64,000 bases of DNA from a virus. Position numbers and translations under genes: made by a program. The stretch is from positions 420 through 64,419 of IMG/VR virus record IMGVR_UViG_3300037465_000347; one strand, 5' to 3'. The notes under the pieces are model-generated. The model was not told the origin of the DNA. It saw only the letters and a program-made list of their open reading frames with translations, and did not search any database. Positions 36,148 to 47,000 of the stretch are shown here, in pieces (within the stretch, counting starts at the first letter, position 1; every line of letters starts with the position of its first letter).

Positions 36148-38372
36148 AACCATCCAGGCTCTATGTAAAAGATTTTATGTGCTATGATGATGCTTATATT
36201 GATTTTTCTCAGTTTAGTTCAGCATTAATTGTTGGGAAAACAGAAAACAATAATGAAGTTTCTAATGGTGTAGGTAAAACTACACTATTCCGAGCGATCG
36301 AATATTTACTCTTTAACTATTCAGATGTTAATCTAGAGGATATTATTCGTGATGATGCTGATAAGTGTAGTGTGACATTTGATTTTATTGTTGGTAACGA
36401 AGAATATAGAGTCACGCGCACGCGCACGCGCAAAGGCGCCACCGATCTTACGCTCTACAAACGTACTGCTCTAGATGGCGATGAAACCGAAGCTCTTCAC
36501 TCTATTAGTGGCGATCGTTATACTCCTATTGTAGATGATACTGATAAGTATTGGAAAGACATATCGGGCCGTCGCTCTGCCGATACAGATAAAGAGTTAG
36601 CCAAGTTAGTTAAAGTGAACTTGAAATCTTTTAGAATTTTCATACATTTTCTACAGCGCGATTTTGGCGGTTTAACCACCGCTACTCCTGAGGCTCGTAA
36701 GAAAATTCTCAAAGATGCCTTGAACCTTATTGTATATTCAAAGCTAGAAAAGATTGCTAAAGATAAATCATCAGCCCTTTCTAAAGAGGCTGATAAGTTT
36801 CGTACACTTATAAGTAGCTTAGGAGATCCAGATGCTGTTATGACAGACATCTCTGCTAAACTTATGGATGTAGAAAAAGAAATATCCGTTCGTTCTCTTA
36901 AAGTAGGAGATTTTGAAGTTCAGATTAATGTCATTAATGAAAAAATTAATCAACTAGTAAATGAGCATTCTAATCTAGAAAGTAAATTCTCTAATTTGGT
37001 GGCTAAAGAACAATCTCTTAATATTGAAAAAACAAAGATAGAAACTTCTATTAAAGAATATACTACTAAGAAATCTAATATAGTTAAACTTGCTCACGAA
37101 ACCGTAGCAGAATTAAAAGAGTTTGAAGATACTCAAATTAAATTGGCTGAGCTAGATTTTAACCAAATAGATATTCTTTCAGAGAAGATTATTGCAAATA
37201 AAGAAAAGATAGCTCAGTTAAGTTTAACTATTCAAAATGATATGACGCGAGCTGAAAAGCTAAGAAAACCAATTCCTGAAGATGGCGAATGTGAAGAATG
37301 TCGTCAGCCTATCACAATAGAACATAGAAAAATTTGTCAGAAAAAAATCGATCAAGAATTGCGTGAAAAGCAAATTAACATTCAAAATTGTAAGAAAGAG
37401 ATTTCAACTTTGAATACGGAGAATGCTGTTCACCAGCAAACTATTAATACGCTTACATTGTCTAAACAGAATCTTGAAAGTATCAATGGTAAAATATCTG
37501 CCAAAAAGAAAGAAGTGGCAGATAGGCGCACTATTCATGATGAGTATAAGATCCTACTAGATAAATTCAATGAGGAGTTGGAAGAGAAGATAAAAGAAAT
37601 GGATGCTATATCCCAGCAACTTCAAAATTCTTCAGCAATTAAAGAAGCTAAGATTCTTGAAAAACAAATACAAGAAGAAAAGCAAAAGGCAAAAACTATT
37701 GAGTCACAAAACTTGATTAACAATAAAGAGCTAAACCATTTTAATAGTACTAAAGCTGTTCTTCAGCATGATTTAAACCAAAGGATTGATGAAAAGCGCA
37801 AAAAGATTGAATACAGTAAACTACTTAAAGAAATTGAAGATAAACTGGGAATGTATCCGGCCGTTGTACAAGCATTTTCTAGTACTGGTATTCCTAATCT
37901 AATAATTCAAAATGTCCTTGATGATTTACAAATTGAGTCCAATGCTTTACTTACGCAATTAAAACCTGGGTTGCAGTTATCTTTTTCTGTTGAAAAGACT
38001 ATTGAAAAGACAGGAGACCAAGCGGACACTTTAGATATTCATTATACTGTTAATGGTAAAAAACGATATTATGAGAATATCTCTGGTGCTATGCAGTTGG
38101 CTGTCAATTTTAGTTTGAAATTGGGGCTTTCATTTTTGTTACAAAAATTAAGTGGTGTAGATGTTCGATTCCTATTATTAGATGAAATTGATCAGTCTTT
38201 GGATAAAGCAAGTGTAGATTTCTTTGCAGATATAGTTAAGCTTTTCTCAAAGGACTATACTATTTTAGTCATTACCCATAATGATCGTTTGAAAGATAAA
38301 TTCTCACATGCAGTATTGGTAGAACAAGATATAAACATGGTATCACGTGCGAAAGTTGTTTCATCGTGGTAA
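36144..38372 (+). CDS. sbcC: SbcC/Rad50 (gp46-like) ATPase
   Basis: NGVGKTT Walker A, coiled coil, CEEC zinc hook, ISGAM signature, LLLDEID, ITHN. Confidence 0.93.
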   Translation: MKPSRLYVKDFMCYDDAYIDFSQFSSALIVGKTENNNEVSNGVGKTTLFRAIEYLLFNYSDVNLEDIIRDDADKCSVTFDFIVGNEEYRVTRTRTRKGATDLTLYKRTALDGDETEALHSISGDRYTPIVDDTDKYWKDISGRRSADTDKELAKLVKVNLKSFRIFIHFLQRDFGGLTTATPEARKKILKDALNLIVYSKLEKIAKDKSSALSKEADKFRTLISSLGDPDAVMTDISAKLMDVEKEISVRSLKVGDFEVQINVINEKINQLVNEHSNLESKFSNLVAKEQSLNIEKTKIETSIKEYTTKKSNIVKLAHETVAELKEFEDTQIKLAELDFNQIDILSEKIIANKEKIAQLSLTIQNDMTRAEKLRKPIPEDGECEECRQPITIEHRKICQKKIDQELREKQINIQNCKKEISTLNTENAVHQQTINTLTLSKQNLESINGKISAKKKEVADRRTIHDEYKILLDKFNEELEEKIKEMDAISQQLQNSSAIKEAKILEKQIQEEKQKAKTIESQNLINNKELNHFNSTKAVLQHDLNQRIDEKRKKIEYSKLLKEIEDKLGMYPAVVQAFSSTGIPNLIIQNVLDDLQIESNALLTQLKPGLQLSFSVEKTIEKTGDQADTLDIHYTVNGKKRYYENISGAMQLAVNFSLKLGLSFLLQKLSGVDVRFLLLDEIDQSLDKASVDFFADIVKLFSKDYTILVITHNDRLKDKFSHAVLVEQDINMVSRAKVVSSW

Positions 38373-38380
38373 GGGGCCAG

Positions 38381-38983
38381 ATGTATAAGATTGCAATCTG
38401 CGGCAAAGCCAATACAGGCAAAAACACATTAGCCAATCTATTGCTAGATGAGATTTTCAAAATTAATAATAATGAGTATTTTACTCCTAAGTTTATGGCA
38501 TTTGCTGATCCAATCAAAGAGATTATAATGACCATGTTTCCGCGTGCTAACAAAGAATTTCTATATGGACCATCTCATTTTAGAGCGGAGGTTATTCCAG
38601 GAGCATTTAAGGATGGTAAGCCTCTTACTTACCGTCAAGCACTAATTGATATTGGAACAGAAGTTGGTCGTAAGTATAGTGACCGTATTTGGTTAGAGAA
38701 TTTTGACCATCGTTTTGAAAACTTATCAAAAGAGTCTTTTACATCCAATGTCGTGATTGTAACGGATGTTCGATTCCGAAATGAATTTGATCACCTAAAA
38801 GAAAAAGGATTTTTTCAGATACGTTTGTATCGAGATACTGGTGCCCCCGAGATTCAACATATTAGTGAAACCGGCCAAAGTTCTATTAAGGATGAAGAAT
38901 TTGACTATGTATTGTTTAATACTAAATCATTGGAAGAGCTAAGAGAGGAGGTTCGTTGTCAGATCATACCCAGAATTTCTTAA
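38381..38983 (+). CDS. Deoxynucleoside monophosphate kinase (T4 gp1-like)
   Basis: IAICGKANTGKNT, FADPIK, RQALIDIGTEVGR, VTDVRFRNE, HISE. Confidence 0.88.
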   Translation: MYKIAICGKANTGKNTLANLLLDEIFKINNNEYFTPKFMAFADPIKEIIMTMFPRANKEFLYGPSHFRAEVIPGAFKDGKPLTYRQALIDIGTEVGRKYSDRIWLENFDHRFENLSKESFTSNVVIVTDVRFRNEFDHLKEKGFFQIRLYRDTGAPEIQHISETGQSSIKDEEFDYVLFNTKSLEELREEVRCQIIPRIS

Positions 38984-39018
38984 TAGGCAAGACTATTAAT
39001 ACTTTCGTATGTTCTCAA

Positions 39019-39333
39019 ATGAGCGTTGAAGCCCTAAAAAAGAATTTTGTACCGAAATACTTGGCGACAGGAGAGCGGAAATTCTATCGCTTTCTAATCC
39101 TTTACGCTCTAAACAAACTAATATACATTGAAAAAGGCTCCTTCAAGGGTAAACCGCCCGAGTTGGAGTTTTTAGATTATTACGACCAATTCATAATTTT
39201 GTATAGAAGAGAAGGTGAGGAAGTCTATTTAGAGCTAGCTAGAGTCTTTAGAAGGGTAGCTCATAAAGTTTATCGAGTTATGTTAAAAAAGAACATGACA
39301 GAAAGAAATGCAAAATTTCTCAATTTGGTATAA
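39019..39333 (+). CDS. Hypothetical protein
   Basis: ORF track 38956..39333. Confidence 0.65.
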   Translation: MSVEALKKNFVPKYLATGERKFYRFLILYALNKLIYIEKGSFKGKPPELEFLDYYDQFIILYRREGEEVYLELARVFRRVAHKVYRVMLKKNMTERNAKFLNLV

Positions 39334-39334
39334 T

Positions 39335-40369
39335 ATGGCAGTTATTAGCGTTACAGTTACACAATCGTCAGAACAAGTAGTAGCAGGAATACCAAAAACA
39401 GTTTCCATTACTACTAACATCACATCCACTATTTTCTATACTTTGGATGGAACAGATCCAACCTTATTCTCTACTATTTATACTGGGCCTATTTTTTTAC
39501 CATTTGACCAATTATTGGTTACGCTTAAAATATTAGCTACTAATGGTGTTGATTCATCTCCAATTGTGGTTGAGCAATATATGACCAACATAGTAGATGG
39601 TAATGCACGTTTAGGGCATGCTGGAACTACCGCTCAAGCAGGGAGTGTAGTTCCGAATGCTTACCCATTTGGTACACCTCCATTTCAACCTCAACAAGGT
39701 TATGTTAATCCTGCCGAGGCTGGGCCATATGGTGGAGCTGTCTATAATCCAGAGCTACCAGCCACTCCTACAGGTTTTGATGGACAAGGTAACCCAACAG
39801 GGTATACCAATCAGCCGTACAATATTACAAATTATCAGATAACATATACTAATAGAGATGCTTTGGGCAATCAAGGAAGCAACATCGGTAACTTACCAGG
39901 TAAAACCATTTTACCCTATCCAAGTGATGTTCAACCAGACAAAGGGCAAACTTCAGGACAAGGTCCAGAAGAGACTAATCAATTTACATCATTATTTGAT
40001 CCACGAGCAATGGTTATTTTTCAGGATTTCAGTACCGAAGATCCAAGTGATCCTCCACAAATTAATAGACAGTTTTTCTCACTAGAAAATGCTGAGAGAG
40101 CAAGAGATGGAACTTTCTATTTTAATACAGGATTAGATGCTTCGGCTCCAGTTAGTGGTTCTTTTGTAAGAGCACATTACAATCCACGCACTAATACAAT
40201 GACTCATTACTATAGAGATTCTTGGTCTAATAAATGGATTATTTCAACTGCACCTTATCAACCAACTGGAACATTTGATGGTAATATGGCTCAAATGGCA
40301 ATGGGAACTAAGAGTGGCGCGGGAGTTATTTTTGAATGGTTGCCCTTCGCAAGACGTGTTCTATTCTAA
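39335..40369 (+). CDS. Protein with N-terminal Fn3-associated (CHB_HEX_C-like) domain, putative virion protein
   Basis: TIFYTLDGTDPTLFSTIYTGPI. Confidence 0.75.
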   Translation: MAVISVTVTQSSEQVVAGIPKTVSITTNITSTIFYTLDGTDPTLFSTIYTGPIFLPFDQLLVTLKILATNGVDSSPIVVEQYMTNIVDGNARLGHAGTTAQAGSVVPNAYPFGTPPFQPQQGYVNPAEAGPYGGAVYNPELPATPTGFDGQGNPTGYTNQPYNITNYQITYTNRDALGNQGSNIGNLPGKTILPYPSDVQPDKGQTSGQGPEETNQFTSLFDPRAMVIFQDFSTEDPSDPPQINRQFFSLENAERARDGTFYFNTGLDASAPVSGSFVRAHYNPRTNTMTHYYRDSWSNKWIISTAPYQPTGTFDGNMAQMAMGTKSGAGVIFEWLPFARRVLF

Positions 40370-40409
40370 ATCGATATATAAGTATTACACATTAAACGAA
40401 AGAATATTA

Positions 40410-41195
40410 ATGACAGAAGATTTACGTTTGTCGGCGAGTAAAACCAAGACTTTCTTGGATTGTAAAGCCAAGTACAAGTTTTGTTATATTGAAAAACTGC
40501 CACGCAAAGACTGGGACTTTCATATTTTTGGCAAATTCTGCCATAGTGTTTTAGAGTTTTTTCACAAGCAGTATATTGAAGGTTGTTTGTTACCATACAA
40601 TGTTACAATGAATGATGCCTTTAAACATGCACTGGAAGAGTTTAAAGATAAGATGACTCCTGAAATGAAGAAGGAGTGTTTTCAAATTATTGACCAGTAT
40701 TTGCGTTTAATTACCAAAGATAAACAAGGTGGCATGCCAGCCAACGTAATTGCGGTTGAAAAAAGATTTGACTTTGCCATCGCTGAAAATCTTGTATTAA
40801 ACGGAGCAATTGACAGGATTCAATTGGATGTTGATAATGTAATCCACGTGGCGGACTACAAAACCACGAAAAACAAAAAATATCTCAAAAACGACTTCTT
40901 TCAGCTTTTAACATATGCTTATGTTATAGTGTCTGAAGACCCGAGTATAGAGAAAGTGCGAGCGTCTTATATTTTACTCAGACATAATTTTGAATATGTG
41001 ACAGTTGAGTTTAATAAGGAAGAAATTTTAGCGGTAAAAGATAAGTACGAAGAGTATGCAAAGCAAATGCTTTCTGAGAAAGAGTTTAGACCAAATCCTA
41101 CGATTCTCTGTCGTTTCTGTGATTATTCTGATGTATGTGTAGAAGGAAAGAAAATGTTAGAACCTTCGAAAATATATGGAGAAGTTGCGTGGTAA
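40410..41195 (+). CDS. PD-(D/E)XK nuclease, Cas4/AddB-like with four Cys
   Basis: LSAS..FLDC; GAIDRI; DYKT; QLLTYA; CRFCDYSDVC. Confidence 0.88.
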   Translation: MTEDLRLSASKTKTFLDCKAKYKFCYIEKLPRKDWDFHIFGKFCHSVLEFFHKQYIEGCLLPYNVTMNDAFKHALEEFKDKMTPEMKKECFQIIDQYLRLITKDKQGGMPANVIAVEKRFDFAIAENLVLNGAIDRIQLDVDNVIHVADYKTTKNKKYLKNDFFQLLTYAYVIVSEDPSIEKVRASYILLRHNFEYVTVEFNKEEILAVKDKYEEYAKQMLSEKEFRPNPTILCRFCDYSDVCVEGKKMLEPSKIYGEVAW

Positions 41196-41398
41196 ACAAA
41201 ATTTGTAATAAAGCAATCAATGAAATTATTGAACAGCTTATTGCTAATGAAAGTCAACATAAAGTATCTCAAAGTGATCCGAATGCCACTTTTCAAGCTG
41301 TCGATCTTAATGTTAAGTTTGTGCTAAACATTGAAGATAAAGATAACAGAGTAAAGCCGTTTCAGATGTTCTGCAATCCCGTAGTAGATTTAAAGTAA
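41189..41398 (+). CDS. Hypothetical protein
   Basis: GTG start with GGAG SD. Confidence 0.55.
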   Translation: MVNKICNKAINEIIEQLIANESQHKVSQSDPNATFQAVDLNVKFVLNIEDKDNRVKPFQMFCNPVVDLK

Positions 41399-41407
41399 GA
41401 GGAAACA

Positions 41408-42658
41408 ATGCAAATTGAAGTAACTGAATTAGAACCATGCAGATTGTCTGTTCACTATGAAGCTAACTTCCTGGAAATCTCTGATAAGAGAGCAGAAGTA
41501 GAAAATGCTTTTAAGAAAGCCCCAGTGCCCGGATTTAGGCCAGGTAAGCCTGTACCACCAGACGCTATTAGGGTGTATTATCGTCAACAAATTGATGATT
41601 CTCTAAAGCGAGCTTTGGCAGAAGATGCATTTCACAATACTCTTTTCGAAAAGAAGATTAGACCACATGGCGCCCCTCGTTTCAATAATTTACTATTAGA
41701 TGGTGGTAAGTTTACTTGTGATTTTGAAATTTTGACAAAACCAGATTTTGAAATTCCTGATTGGAAAAATATGGAAGTTGTAAAACCACATGGTGAAGTA
41801 GAGGCGTCTGTACTTGCCGAAAAGATGATGCAGGAGTTGCGTGTCCGTTTAGGTGAAGTATCTCCTTATGGCGATACGGACTTTGTTCAATCTGGCGATA
41901 ATGTTCTCATCGATTACAAAGGTAGTGTAGACGGTGAAGTTGTAGAAAGCTTAGTTGCTGAAGGCGAAATGATTACCGTAGGTAATAGTCCATTAGCAGC
42001 ATTTGATAACAACTTATTGGGCATGTCACTAGATGAGACTCGTGAATTTGATTTTATTGCTCCTGCTCAAGGGCTTCCTTCTTTAGCAGGAAAGACCATT
42101 CATTTCGTAGTTACTGTAAAGATGGGAACTAAAACTGTACCATGTGCTCTTGATGATGAAATGGCTAAGAAGATGGGTAAAACTACCTTTGCTGAATTGC
42201 AAGAAACTGTTGCTCAGGCTGCCTTTGCACGTTCAGCCAGTATGAAGAAACTAGCAATTCAAGAGGCTGTGGCCAGAAAGCTTGTTGATAGTGTTGATAT
42301 TAAAGTTCCAAACTGGATGTCTTTGTCTGAGGCTCAATATTTGAGCCACCAATCACAAGTAGATTGGAATACTATGCCAGATGTAGACCGAGAGAAGATG
42401 ATTGAAATGGCCGAGCAAAATGTTAAGCTATCTCTAATTTTAGATAAGATTAGAGAGGCTGAGCCAGAAGCACAGCTAACTGATCAAGAGGTGTTTGAAA
42501 TCATCAAGCAAAATTTGGCTAATACCAAAGTAACTCAAAGCTTAGATGAAGTTATTCAACAGATGAACAAGACTGGTTATTTGCAAATCTTGTTCTCACG
42601 TATTAAAGATGAAAATACTATGGACTTCATAGTGAAGTCAATAAAATTGATTGATTAA
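41408..42658 (+). CDS. tig: Trigger factor
   Basis: PGFRPGKPVP ribosome-binding loop; FKBP-like GDNVLIDYKGSVDG..FDNNLLGM; C-terminal domain. Confidence 0.95.
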   Translation: MQIEVTELEPCRLSVHYEANFLEISDKRAEVENAFKKAPVPGFRPGKPVPPDAIRVYYRQQIDDSLKRALAEDAFHNTLFEKKIRPHGAPRFNNLLLDGGKFTCDFEILTKPDFEIPDWKNMEVVKPHGEVEASVLAEKMMQELRVRLGEVSPYGDTDFVQSGDNVLIDYKGSVDGEVVESLVAEGEMITVGNSPLAAFDNNLLGMSLDETREFDFIAPAQGLPSLAGKTIHFVVTVKMGTKTVPCALDDEMAKKMGKTTFAELQETVAQAAFARSASMKKLAIQEAVARKLVDSVDIKVPNWMSLSEAQYLSHQSQVDWNTMPDVDREKMIEMAEQNVKLSLILDKIREAEPEAQLTDQEVFEIIKQNLANTKVTQSLDEVIQQMNKTGYLQILFSRIKDENTMDFIVKSIKLID

Positions 42659-42673
42659 CAGGGAGAAAGTATA

Positions 42674-42994
42674 ATGGGAAAGAAAGATAATGGTCCTTTA
42701 ACCTCTTTACCAAAGAAGTGGGACGATCTCATTAAGAAGATGCCGGAATTCAAAGACACTGCTGATGCAGCTAGTGTTGATGAATTAAAGAAAATTATCG
42801 TTGAATGTGAGGGTAATATCTACACAGTCAATCGAGAAGAAGATGCAGATGATAAGTTAACCGCAGCTAGAGAAATGTCTAAAGAGCTAGCTGCTCCTTA
42901 TCGTGATGCTAAGAAAGTACAACAGGCAAAAATTCAATATGCTCTACTTTGCTTAGAGAGCAAGGGAGTAGACCTAGATAACAAAGGCGACTAA
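42674..42994 (+). CDS. Hypothetical protein
   Basis: ORF track; GGAG SD. Confidence 0.7.
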   Translation: MGKKDNGPLTSLPKKWDDLIKKMPEFKDTADAASVDELKKIIVECEGNIYTVNREEDADDKLTAAREMSKELAAPYRDAKKVQQAKIQYALLCLESKGVDLDNKGD

Positions 42995-43272
42995 TGAAAG
43001 TCGAAAGGTTCCTTATTCAAGCATGCTGTAACAAGAAGCAAATAGTTTTTAAACTAGATAGGCCAATTGATAATAGCTTACTTGAAGTTCTGAAAAGTAA
43101 TGGGTATACAGAAGCTGCCCACTTTACTAAAGCAGGAATGCTATATGCCGATAATCTGGACTTAATAGTGACGGGTCCATTTGGTGGCGATAAGCTAAAT
43201 GCTAAGTGTAAAAGAGCAGACTGTGACCAAATCCTCAATGATCTTGAGGCGTTGCTTGTCAGAACGGAGTGA
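42994..43272 (+). CDS. Hypothetical protein
   Basis: ORF track. Confidence 0.7.
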   Translation: MKVERFLIQACCNKKQIVFKLDRPIDNSLLEVLKSNGYTEAAHFTKAGMLYADNLDLIVTGPFGGDKLNAKCKRADCDQILNDLEALLVRTE

Positions 43273-43940
43273 GGATGGCAAAGGGTAAAGGTTCTATCAC
43301 TGAAGTCAGAAAGAAAGTTACCAAAACCCACGAATTTATTTCAACTTCCTATCATGAGGCAGGACATGCTGTTATTGCATTGTTATACCTTATGAAAGTT
43401 AGTTCCGTGTCTGTTTTTGAAAATAAGCAATTTAAAAGAATTCACGGTATTTGTTATTATGATTATCCTAGTGATTTTGATGAAATTCAAGACCCTGAAT
43501 TATTGAATACTCTAGTTAGAGCAGAAATTGGTATTAGTTATGCTGGTTTAATTGCTGAAACTTCTTTATTTAGAAGTATTTCAGGGTCTAAACAAACTCC
43601 AACTTTTATCAGTTATGGTTCTGCAGATGATAACAAATCAGCCCGAGAGGTGATTAAAAAGTATAACCTGGCACCTCCAGGGCCTAAAAGAACAGCTTAT
43701 AAAAGAAAATTAATGGCTGAAGTGCAAAATGAACTTCATGAACATTGGGACGCAGTGATGGCAATAGCTCATGCTCTTTTCCGTCATCGTCGATTGTCTT
43801 TTGTTGATTTACAAGAATTGCTGACTAAGAAGACTCGTAACAAAAAATTCTGGAAAGATCAATTCAAGAAGATTAGTTATTTTTACGATAATAGTCAGAA
43901 CCTTGACGAAAAAGATTTGAAATCTATATTGTCAAGGTAA
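43269..43940 (+). CDS. Stand-alone M41 (FtsH protease domain)-like metallopeptidase
   Basis: TSYHEAGHAVIA; SYAGLIAE; GSADD; IAHAL..L. Confidence 0.7.
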   Translation: MRMAKGKGSITEVRKKVTKTHEFISTSYHEAGHAVIALLYLMKVSSVSVFENKQFKRIHGICYYDYPSDFDEIQDPELLNTLVRAEIGISYAGLIAETSLFRSISGSKQTPTFISYGSADDNKSAREVIKKYNLAPPGPKRTAYKRKLMAEVQNELHEHWDAVMAIAHALFRHRRLSFVDLQELLTKKTRNKKFWKDQFKKISYFYDNSQNLDEKDLKSILSR

Positions 43941-44063
43941 CGTAACCACCACACCGTATTCCCTGGCACAGTACACGCAGTCTATCCTTAGACTGAAAAC
44001 TCCCCTGAGATTGGGTAAGATGTACATACGTGTTACAATACACAAACCATATCAGGAGGTCTT

Positions 44064-47000
44064 ATGACCGACTTTGTTTCGCTGCATAATCAGACGCAGT
44101 TTTCTATTCTTGATTCTATCATCACACCCAAGGCATTGTTCAAGCGAGCAAAAGAACTAGGGCAAACAGCAGTGGCAATAACAGACCATGGTTCTTTAGC
44201 TGGAACATGGGATGCATGGAAGGCTTCAAAAGAAACTGGTGTAAAACTTATTATTGGATGTGAATGTTATTTTCAAGATGATGCCTCCAATGTTAATGAG
44301 AAATTTCGTCACATTGTATTATTAGCCAAGAATGCTGTTGGCTATCGTAATTTGTTGACATTGAATAAGAAAGGTTTCGATCAGAGTTCCTTTGTTGGTA
44401 AGCGCGTTTATTCTGTGCTTGATTGGAAATTATTGGAACAGTATTCTGAAGGACTAATTTGTTTGACCGCTTGCGGTAATGGCATCATCAGCCAGCCTAT
44501 TATGAAGGGTAAAATGGATGAAGCAGAGAAAACTCTGTTGCGCCTCAAAGATTTGTTTGCTGATAATTTGGGGATTGAAATTCAGCCCAACAACATGAAG
44601 CGCGGTTCAAATATCTTTAATGATGAAATTGATCAAGATTTTTTGAACAGACAATTAGTAAAGCTCGGCAAAAAACACAATGTTCGTGTTGTGGCTGCCT
44701 GTAATGCTCATTATCTAACAAAAGAAGATGCGGATGTACATGACGCATTCCTTGCTATTGGTGCGCATCAGCCAAAACATTCTGGTTTCCGCCTTAAGTA
44801 TCCGGTTCCCGAGTTTTATCTTAAAACGGGCGATGAAGTTAAAGAATTTTTTGCACGTGTTTATAAAGACGAAGCGCAAACCTTCGTAGATAATTCTATT
44901 TACTTTGCTAACTTGTGCGAGAAGCCTGAATGGATTGATCCGAAGTTTTCTAATCCATCAGGAAAAGAATTGCCAGTATTCCCTGTTAAAGATGAGCCTG
45001 ATTATCCTCAATTCCGTGAATGGGTTACCAAACAGCCAGAAGACATTCAGAAATTGGATGAGGATAAATTGTTCTTGCGCTACCGCTGTATTGAACGATT
45101 TGATTCTCGTGTCAAGAATCTTACCCCAGAGCAACGTGAGCAATATAATAAACGTATAGAAGAGGAGCTGGATGTTTTAGAATTCCATGGATTCTCCAGT
45201 TATATGCTCATTGTTGCAGATTTTATAGATTGGGCTAGAAAGCATGAAATTGCTGTAGGAGAAGGTCGAGGTTCTGTTGGCGGCTCACTAGTAGCTTATC
45301 TATTGGGAATTCACCAGGCCGATCCGATTAAATACAATTTGATTTTTGCTCGTTTTCATAATAAAGAAAAGAGTTCATTTCCAGATATTGATACTGACTT
45401 TGCGCCATCTGGTCGTGAGTTAGTTCAAAATTATTTGCGTAAGAAATATGGCGAAGATCATGTAGCACACGTTAGTAATGTTAACACAATTACACCAAAA
45501 GTGTACGTTAAAGATATTGCGCGTATTTTTGAATTTGGAGGATCCAAAGAAGAAGCGTTTAAGATTGGCAATGAAGTTGCAAACTGTATTCCTGCAGATA
45601 TACACTCTATTGATGACGCTTTGACAAAAGTTCCCCTCTTTGCAGAGTATGCTAAGAAATATCCAGAGTTTGTAAAATACAAAGATATCTGTGGTAAATA
45701 TCGAGCTTGGTCTACCCATGCTGGTGGTATCATTATCTCTGCCCGCCCTTTGACTGGACTCGTTCCGCTTAGAAAGGATAAGGATGGAGCCTTAGCCATT
45801 GAGTATGATAAGGATAAAGCAGAAGAAAACGGCCTGGTCAAGATGGATACTTTGGGACTTTCAACTCTAGATATCATTGGTCAAGCTATGAAGTTAATTA
45901 AGGAGTCTGGCAAACCAGTTCCAGAAAATATTAGTTATGATGAATATGATCAAGAAGCATATGATATCATTTCTAGTGGCGATACATTTTGTGTATTCCA
46001 GTTAGGAACCTCTGGCGGAACTATTGATCTTTGTAAGCAGATTAAACCAAAGTCGGTTAATGATATTAGTTATATTAACTCTTTGGCAAGACCTTCTGCC
46101 CGAGACATGCGTAAAGATTTTATCTTAACCAAAGTCGGCAAAAAACCATTCGCACTGTTGCATCCAACATTAGGTCGAGCATTCAATAATACATTCGGTT
46201 TCGGTCTTTATGAAGAGTCTTTGATGTATCTTGCCCAGGACGTAGCTGGATGGAGCTTACATGAAGCAGACCGTCTTCGTAAGTTAACTAAAGAAAAAGG
46301 TAAGAATCCTAAGAAGGTTCAAGAATGGAGAAATGAGTTTATTAAAGGCGCTGTAGAAAATAATGTAGATGAGGCTATTGCTAAACGTATTTGGGACGAA
46401 GTTGTTGATAAGTTCCAGGGTTACGGTTTTAACATGTCTCACAGTATTTTATACTCAATGACGAGTTACAAGACCGCTTATCTTAAAGCTCATTATCCAA
46501 TTGAATTCTTAATGGCTAACTTAATGGCAGAAGTTAAATCGAACTCTCCAGATGCAAAGGGCAACATTGAGAAGATCAAAAAAGAGATTCGTAAACGCAG
46601 GGTCAAAATTGTCCCTCCGGATATTAACAAATCACAACTATCTTATACCATTGAAGATGGTAACAAATTAATTACTGGTTTGGATGCAATTAAGTTTGTT
46701 GGTGCTGATGCTATAAATGATATTCTTGAAAAGAGACCTTTTACTAGTTTCTTTGATTTTATGTCTAGAGTTAGTTCAAAAACAGTTCGAGCAAATAGTA
46801 TTCAGGCTTTAGCTGCATGTGGCGCGTTAGATTCGTTTGGTATTCCGCGCAAATTGATGTACTTGTATGTTTCTGACTATCGTAAGAAATTGCAAGTTTG
46901 GTTAAAGAAGCATGATCCTACTCAAGAGGAATTTATTTATCCATGGCCACAAGAGTCTGCTTGGACTATGCCAGAGATTTATGCTCTTGAGCATTATTAT

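Noticed and set aside
43971-44035. Hammerhead ribozyme upstream of dnaE
   Set aside because: Has GAAA and CUGAGA but not the CUGANGA core or the correct stem arrangement.
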